A stretch of DNA of 64,000 nt from the human T2T-CHM13v2.0 reference genome, Homo sapiens, in the NCBI RefSeq assembly GCF_009914755.1, contig NC_060938.1. The stretch is one strand, 5' to 3'. Both the position numbers and the translations under genes were made by a program. Under the pieces are notes generated by a model. It saw only the letters and a list, made by a program, of their open reading frames with translations. It was not told the origin of the DNA and searched no databases. This document shows, piece by piece, positions 56,421 through 64,000 of this stretch; the stretch's first letter is position 1, and every line of letters begins with the position of its first letter.

Positions 56421-58251
56421 CCATATGAGTGAATGGTCACTGAATGAATGAATGGACAAGTAAAAACGTGAGTGAATTGATGAACACACACATGAGAGAA
56501 GCGATCATTACCGATATTAGTGGGTTTTACCTCCGGGAAGATTCACTTTAGGCCTGGCTTGCATCTAGAAGCAAGGGCACCTTGTATTGACTAATATGGG
56601 TATTAGTATGCATTTATGTAATTTCACCAGATACAGCCAATTCCTGGAATTTCAAGTTTTTAGCCCCTGAGAGAAATACTATTTAATGAAATTTAATCTC
56701 ATGGATTTTATTTTTAAAGAGGCAAATCTCTCTCTGTAGGGTTAAAAAAGATCATTCTAACAAATTTAAGTCCAACATCTTCGCAACGGGAAGAAAATAC
56801 AAAAGTGAGAGAAACGTCCTCATTTGTATCTAGCCGGGTCGATTTATGGCACGCTTGACTTTGGCTTGGAAAATGTCCTTGCTGGTTTCCGTGGGGGCAA
56901 TGACACCGTGAGAACACTGCGGAATCACTAGGCGGGAGGGAGGGAGGGTGGAACACATATACGAGAATTTCTATCGAAGTCTTTGGAGGAACCTTCTTTT
57001 CTGAGAAACTCATTATTCACTTAATTATTCATTCTGTTTATTTACTGTATAGTTATTACACATAAATATGGTGCAAATCCCCAGAATCCTCAAACACCAG
57101 ATGCCAGTTTCCCTCCACAGTCCCAAAAGACATAGCCAAGCCATCACTGTGAGAATTAAAACAACAACAACTAAAACCCAATTAAAATTGTGCCAGCATG
57201 TTCATTTCCAAAAGAAAAACCCTGCAAATGAATAAGCTTTAGTCACTCTCCCGACTGCTGCTGCAAAGAAACAAACAAACAAACCTTAACACGAAAACTG
57301 AAATATCATTAATATTTACATCACAGCTACATTGAACTTAGTATCTGCATGGAAAGGGCATTGGTGAAATCAATTTTATATCATTTCTTCCATTTTCTAA
57401 ATCAGATGATTGGGAAAAAAATGCTGTTTTGCTTTTCAAACTTTCAGTGTGTCTGGCAAAGCCCAATGGTGGTGGAGAAGAAGCCAGGTAGTGCTACGTT
57501 ACTGATGGGGTCTTGGGATTCTCGGGTTACACAACCCCTCCTCTTATTGATCTGAGATGGGATGAAATGGGTGCATCTTGCTCACCTGAGTGCATGAGCA
57601 GGCATCCTGAGGAGGTGAGCCTGCAACCTGAGCTCTTTGGACAAAGTCTAATGACGTATAAGCCAAATGCTGCCAGTCAAGGAGGCCTCCTGTGAGAAAT
57701 GGTGGGAGGTGGCAAAAACAGAGGGCAGTGCAGGGCTGATGGCTGGGATGGAGGACGCATGTAGGTGTGGAGGGAGGAGGGGAGGGGTGTGTGTCGGTGT
57801 CATTGTTTACAAGTCACCAGTCCTCTGGTGACATTGGCTTCGTGAAGAACAAAGTGGTCTCTTAGATGAGTGTGTGATGGTGGCTGTCCCTAATCAAGAG
57901 TCATGCTGTACCTGGGAGATGTGTCTAGACTGTTCCACCCACACCAACATGTCTGCCTAGGGGGCCACTGATCAGACACACAGGGACCTTTGAGACACAG
58001 GCCACTGGTTCTGCTACTGGAAACACCTGAAGCTCCTCTAGATCTGTGGTGCCTCCCCAAACCTAGAGCTCAGACCTGAAAGGCCAGGGGTCTCCAGCCT
58101 CAGTGTTGAGGGTCTGGGGATGGACTCTGGGCCGGACTGTCCAAATTCAAAGCACCAGGTCTCCCATTTACCATTAACAGTCCTCATCCTGCCTCCTGAG
58201 AATCAAGACTGTGTCTTGATTCTTACAGTTGCCACAAGAATTAAATTCTAT

Positions 58252-58546
58252 GGCCGGGTGCAGTGGTTCAGGCCTGTAATCCCAGCACTTCGGAAGGCTG
58301 AGGCGGGCTGATGACTTAAGGTCAGGAGTTCAAGACCAGGCTGGGCAACATGGCGAAACCCAGTCTAAAAATACAAAAGTTAGCCGGGCGTGGTAGCATG
58401 CATCTGTGCTCCCAGCTACTCGGGAGGCTGAGGCACAAGGATCACTTGAAGAAAAGGTTGCAGTGAGCTGAGATCGTGCCATTGCACTCCAGCCTGGGTG
58501 ACAGAATGAGACTCTCGCTCTCTCTCAAAAAAAAAAAAAAAAAAAA
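58252..58546 (+). mobile_element. Alu (S/Jb-like) in a MIR
   Basis: Alu dimer; TSD A(A/G)GAATTA(A/C)ATTCT. Confidence 0.92.
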
Positions 58547-58627
58547 GGAATTACATTCTTCACATTACTTTGCACTTCATGCAAAGTGCTGAGAACAGTG
58601 TTGACCAATGGCAGGCATACAATAAAC

Positions 58628-59264
<637 letters not shown>

Positions 59265-59278
59265 TAAACATTGGTTTT

Positions 59279-59320
59279 TAATAAGTTAATAAGTTCAGTT
59301 AATAAGTTAATAAGTTCAGT
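59279..59320. repeat. Perfect 21-bp tandem duplication TAATAAGTTAATAAGTTCAGT x2
   Basis: Directly visible. Confidence 0.95.
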
Positions 59321-60399
59321 GCATGTGGCAATTTAGCACGGCACGAGGAAACCCTGTTTTTCCTGCTTTTTATCCAAAAGCAGTTGACATGATTATTTGT
59401 GTTGTTCTTCAGCATAAGAATGTTGCTATTCCTGGCATCTCTGATTGAAATAAATTCAGCACCTCCTGTCCCACAATGCCTCATGGCCATTTTGGTTACC
59501 TGTTGCAAATATTCTCTATTCATGTAGCCTAATTTGGGACCTTTTTACTAAGAAGGCAAAAACATTTCCAATCTATCTGGCACCCATGTTATAAACTATC
59601 AGACCCACCAAAACACAAAAGGTCTTCATTAATAATACACGGAATATGAACTCTGTAGAATATTTCATTATTGCTTTCTTATTAACATACCATTATTAAT
59701 CTGTTGCTGCTTTAAGAAATTCATATGTATGAAAGCCTTGTATATTAAGTTATTGCTCAAACTAGATATATTAAACTGACACCCATGAAACCATGAAAGA
59801 AATGTGGTAGAACTGAAAACATCAATTTTAAATTAAAATAAAATCATTCTCCCTGTCTTATGCTTTGATTTTCAAAGCAGCTGCTCTTTCAGATTAGCAC
59901 CGACTTTACTTCTGTATCAGAGGTCAAAGGTAAATATGCATGCACCCCAGCCCTGTCTCTCCTGACAGACATGTGAAGTAGAGCTGCTCCAGTGTCTTTT
60001 TTTTTGGGTGGGGCAGGGAGTGGAAAGGAGATGAGGAAGCAGGGGCTGACGGAGTGGAAGGTGAAGTGTATGGCTCTGTGAGTTCTTAGTTACAGCGCTG
60101 TCCAAGTCAGCCACAGGGACTGTAAGACTCTGGAAGGCATCTTCATAAAAATGCAGAACTAGAAGATTCTGCAGGGGTCAGCTAGTTAACCATTTCCCAA
60201 GATACGATCCATGGAACATCAGTTCTTTATGATGGCACTCTCTACATACACACACATGCACAGGCACCCACATCCAACGTGGTTCCATGGTTCATCAAAT
60301 AAGTCTGAAACTCTGCACATTCTACTTATTTCTTGGAGTGCCATAATGGACTTCAGCATTTCAAAAGTTCTGTGAACCCCTGTATTAAAAAAATACCCA

Positions 60400-61140
60400 T
60401 TTATCATCTTTGACCAAGTATTTCCCCAGCTTCCCTGGCCATGACACTTTCTGCTCATATAATGCTAATTCATGTATAATGGTGCAATGGAACAAATGTT
60501 TGTGTCTCCCGAAAATTGGTATGTTGAAATTCTAACCCCCAGTGTGATGGTATTAGGAAGTACGGCCTTCAGGAGGTAATTAAGTCATGAAGGTGGAGTC
60601 CTCATGAATGAGAGAAGGGCCCTTATGAAAGAGACCCCAGAGAGATCTCTCACCCCTTCTACCATGTGAGGACACAGTGAGAAGAAGGGTGTCTATTAAC
60701 CAGGAAGCAGGTCCTCCCCAGACACCTAATCTGCTAGTGTCTTAACTTTGGACTCTCCAGCCTCCAGAATTGTAAGAAATAAATATTTATTGTGTAAGCC
60801 ACCCAGTCGATGGTATTTTTGGTATAGCAACCCGAATGGACTAAGACAAATGAGCAGTGAGCAATCTTATCCAAGTCAACCACTTCACTGAAATTTATGA
60901 AGAAGAGGAAATTGAAGCCCAAGAAGTGGTTGACTTGCCAAAGAGTACAAGAGATAGGAATTGAGTGGAGCACAGAATTCTGGCTTTCTGATTCTTAGCT
61001 CTATACTGCACCATCTTGCAGAGAAATTTCCCTTTAATTCATCAACATACCAAGATCTGTCATTTATGAGGCACTGTGCCAAGGATTAAGGACACTGGTC
61101 CCCAGGGAAGCTGGGGAAATACTTGGTCAAAGATGATAAA
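60400..61140. repeat. Perfect 39-bp inverted repeat pair (60400-60438 and 61102-61140)
   Basis: TTTATCATCTTTGACCAAGTATTTCCCCAGCTTCCCTGG and its exact reverse complement. Confidence 0.97.
60483..60848 (+). mobile_element. MLT1A-like solo LTR
   Basis: TGCAATGG...ATGTTGAAATTCTAACCCCC...GAATGGACTAAGACA; TSD AATGG/AATGA. Confidence 0.88.
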
Positions 61141-61345
61141 ATACAAAAAAGACACATAGCCTTAGCCTTTGGGAAGTTCATGATCAAGAGTCAGAGACAG
61201 ATACGGAAATATGCCAATCACACTACAACATGGGGAGGACTCTGAAGAGGCTTCTGTGAGATTCCAGAAGAAAGTATGACAACCCTCTAAAGGAGCTAGG
61301 AGAGTTGTCCTACAGTGGGTGATGTAGGCATGGGGCCTTCAAGGA

Positions 61346-61703
61346 TGCTATAGTTTGTTTGTCTCCTCCAAAACTCATGTTGAAATTTAATTGCCATTGT
61401 AACAGTATGAAGATGTGGGACCTTTAAGAAGTGATTAGGCCATGAGGGCTCCACCCTCGTGGATAGATTAATGCTGATATTTAGGGAGTGGGTTCATCAT
61501 CAAAAAGGTACGTTTAACCCCCTTTTCTCGCTCTCTCATCCTCTTGTTCTCTGCCATGAAATGACGTGGGAAGAAGGCCCTCACCAGATGCTGCCCCTTG
61601 ATCTTGATCTTGGACTTCTCAGCCTCCAGAACTGTAAGAAATAAATTTCTGTTCTTTATAAATTACCCAGTCTCAGGTATTTTGTTACAGCAGCACAAAG
61701 ACA
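61346..61703 (+). mobile_element. MSTB-like MaLR solo LTR
   Basis: AAAACTCATGTTGAAATTTAAT...GGCCATGAGGGCTCCACCCTC...ATAAATTACCCAGTCTCAGGTAT; TSD AAGGA. Confidence 0.88.
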
Positions 61704-61954
61704 AAGGATGATCAGGCATTTTCCAGGCAGTTTGCTGCAACGTGTTTATCTCTCCCTCAATCCCTTTCTAAGGAGTTCCCACAATAGCTGTCTTATATGG
61801 GGTACTGTTTGCACACATCACCATGCTAGTACCACAGGACTCTGTCAGCTGATTGGACCAGGATGGGCTGCTGACCCCAGAGCAGTCAATCTAAAATCTG
61901 ACTAGCATTGCGCGGGAGCACCTAGGGAGTGCTGTCTAGGACAACAGAACTGGC

Positions 61955-62150
61955 TGCAGTGATGAGAATGTTCTATTCTGTGCTCTTCAGTTTGGCAGCC
62001 ACTAACCACATGCAGCTATTGGACATTTGAAATATGGCTTGGGATATGGCTGTTCAGCAGTGAACTAAATTTTAAGTTTTATTTAATTGTGTTAAAAATT
62101 AAAATTAAATAATGACATGCACTGTTGGCTACCGCATTGGACAGCACAGC
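61955..62150. mobile_element. MER3-like hAT-Charlie
   Basis: GGCAGCCACTAACCACATGCAGCTATTGGACATTTGAAAT...GGCTACCGCATTGGACAGCACAG. Confidence 0.75.
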
Positions 62151-62379
62151 CTCAGACTGATCAACAGATTTACTTGGCGATTCTAATTTAAAATACAAGT
62201 TGGCTTAGATTTACGATTTTAAGTTGAAATCCAAGCTTACAAATAGTGTTGGAACATTCAAGAGAACTAAGACAATAGATTACAGAGTTTAATTTACTAT
62301 TCTTAAAAACTTGTTGAAATACATGGGAAGATGTCTTTGTTCATTGAAGAACCAAAGGTCTTAAAAGAGAATTGATTGA

Positions 62380-62825
62380 AAGATTTGAAAGATTCAGAAT
62401 AAGTCCTCTGGCCACAGTGAAATTAGCTAGAAATCACCAAAGAAAACTAGAATACCCACAATTTTTGAAAATTTAACATTTCATTTCTGAACAGCGCATG
62501 TGTCAAAGAAGCAATCACAACAGAAATTAGAAAATATGTTTTATGATAATTATAAAGAAGATAAAATGTATAAAAACTTTTGAGATGCAGCTAAAGCAGT
62601 ACTCACTGGAAATTTATAACCTTAAATATATATATTAGAAAACAAATACTGGAAGTCAATGATCTTAATTTCTCAAGCAGCTAAAAAACAAAGAGCAAAA
62701 AAGGAGGGAAATAATAAAGAGCAGAAATAATGAAACAGAAAACAAACAGAAAAGCAACAAGACCAAAAGTTGGCGTTTTGAAAAGGTTAATAAAATTGAT
62801 AAATTCCTAAAAAGATCAATCAACT
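62380..62825 (+). mobile_element. old L1M ORF2 fragment
   Basis: CACAGTGAAATTAGCTAGAAATCA...GATGCAGCTAAAGCAGTACTC...AATAAAATTGATAAA. Confidence 0.75.
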
Positions 62826-62829
62826 AAAG

Positions 62830-63368
62830 TGTGATGGTTAATATTAAGTGTCAACTTGATTGGATTGAAGGATGCAAAGTATTGTTCCTGGGTGTGTCTG
62901 TGAGGGTGTTGCCAAAGGAGATTAACATTTGAGTCAGTGGACTGGGAGAGGCAGACCCACCCTCAACGTGGTGGGCACCATCCAATCAACTGCCAGTGCG
63001 GCTGGAATAAAGCAGGCAGAAGAAGGTGGGGGAAGCCGACTTGCTGAGTCTTCTTGGCCTCCATCTTTCTTCCGTGCTGGATGCTTCCTGCCCTCCTTGG
63101 AACATCAGACTCCAAGTTCTTCAGCTTTTTCACCAGTGGCTCTCGGGCCTTTGGCCACAAACTGAAGGCTGCACTGTAAATTTCCCTACTTTTGAGGTTT
63201 TGGTACTCAGACTGAGCCACGACCAGCTTCCTTGCTCCTCAATTTGCAGACGGCCTATCGTGGGACTTCACCTTGTGATCATGTGGATCAATTCTCCTTA
63301 ATAAACTCCCTTTCGTATATACATATATCCTATTAGTCCTGTCCCTATAGAGAACCCTGACTAATTCA
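62830..63368 (+). mobile_element. MLT2A (HERV-L) solo LTR, A2-like
   Basis: TGTGATGGTTAATATT..GTCAACTTGATTGGATTGAAGGATGCAAAGTATTG...AGAACCCTGACTAATTCA; TSD TAAAG/GAAAG. Confidence 0.93.
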
Positions 63369-64000
63369 GAAAGATAACTGAATATATATTTTATACATGC
63401 AGGTAAAATGTATGGAAATGTAACAGAATTATGAAAGCCACCTTAGAGTGATTCATACAATTTTCCAGATTTATAAATAGAAGAATAGGATCTGTCTATA
63501 TAGTAAAAGCTTAAAGGAAGAATTAGGCTTGTTAACCATTACAGCTTTAATGTAGAAAACATGTACTTTGTAAAATCAAATTAGTCCCTGAGTAATCTCA
63601 CAATGACCATGCTGGTTTTCCGAGGCTGTGACTCAGTGCCAAGCTGCGGCCAAGCCACCAGGACTGCAGAGAGAACAGGGGGAGGGCTCCTCCCAGTATG
63701 CGGGTGTGCGCCACTCATTAGCAGCCCTTTCGAGACCTGCTGCAGGGTGAATCTAGGAACTACACCTTATGGGTGCATGGCACCTTACAGTTTTCTCAGC
63801 ACTGTGAGAAATTACCAAGTTCAAAAGAAGTAGAAAGGCCTTTGTTTTCAATAGGTCCAAAGCTAAGGGATTTCTTTCCTTGAAACGTATATTGAAAGCA
63901 ATATAATAGAAAGCTGGAGACTTTCTTTTTTTGAATGTTTTCAAAATGCAATTCAAACATACTTGAAACTATATGAGGTCTCTTCTTGGTCAGAAACCAA

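Noticed and set aside
63370-64000. Unique terminal segment as a possible gene 3' end or exon
   Set aside because: No recognisable coding sequence, splice structure or polyA site that I can support from sequence alone

Overview
Primate (probably human) intergenic euchromatic DNA, dominated by transposable elements: about 30 Alu/FLAM copies (J, S, Y), old L1M and younger L1PA fragments, L2/MIR relics, many MaLR (MLT1, MST, THE1) and ERVL (MLT2) LTRs, and hAT-Charlie MITEs. I can support no intact protein-coding exon, tRNA, rRNA or CRISPR. The only gene-derived feature is a full-length, disabled processed pseudogene of CHORDC1 on the minus strand (about 10525-14294), with 5'UTR, CDS, about 2 kb 3'UTR, polyA and TSD, hit by four later Alus. 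Nearly all supplied ORFs are Alu, L1, LTR or microsatellite artefacts. I found no evidence for a new multi-gene system. The most unusual structural signals are: a perfect 39-bp inverted templated copy (60400-60438 / 61102-61140); an ERV1-LTR (MER34-like) transcript that appears L1-retroposed with polyA and a 16-bp TSD; a composite Alu-half + unique + Alu unit under one TSD; an ancient ~190-bp direct duplication flanking a deleted ERVL provirus whose two LTRs show patchwork identity; a THE1C missing exactly one LTR; and a CpG-rich 5' end on the old retrocopy. Repeat subfamily names come from remembered consensus motifs, not a database search.
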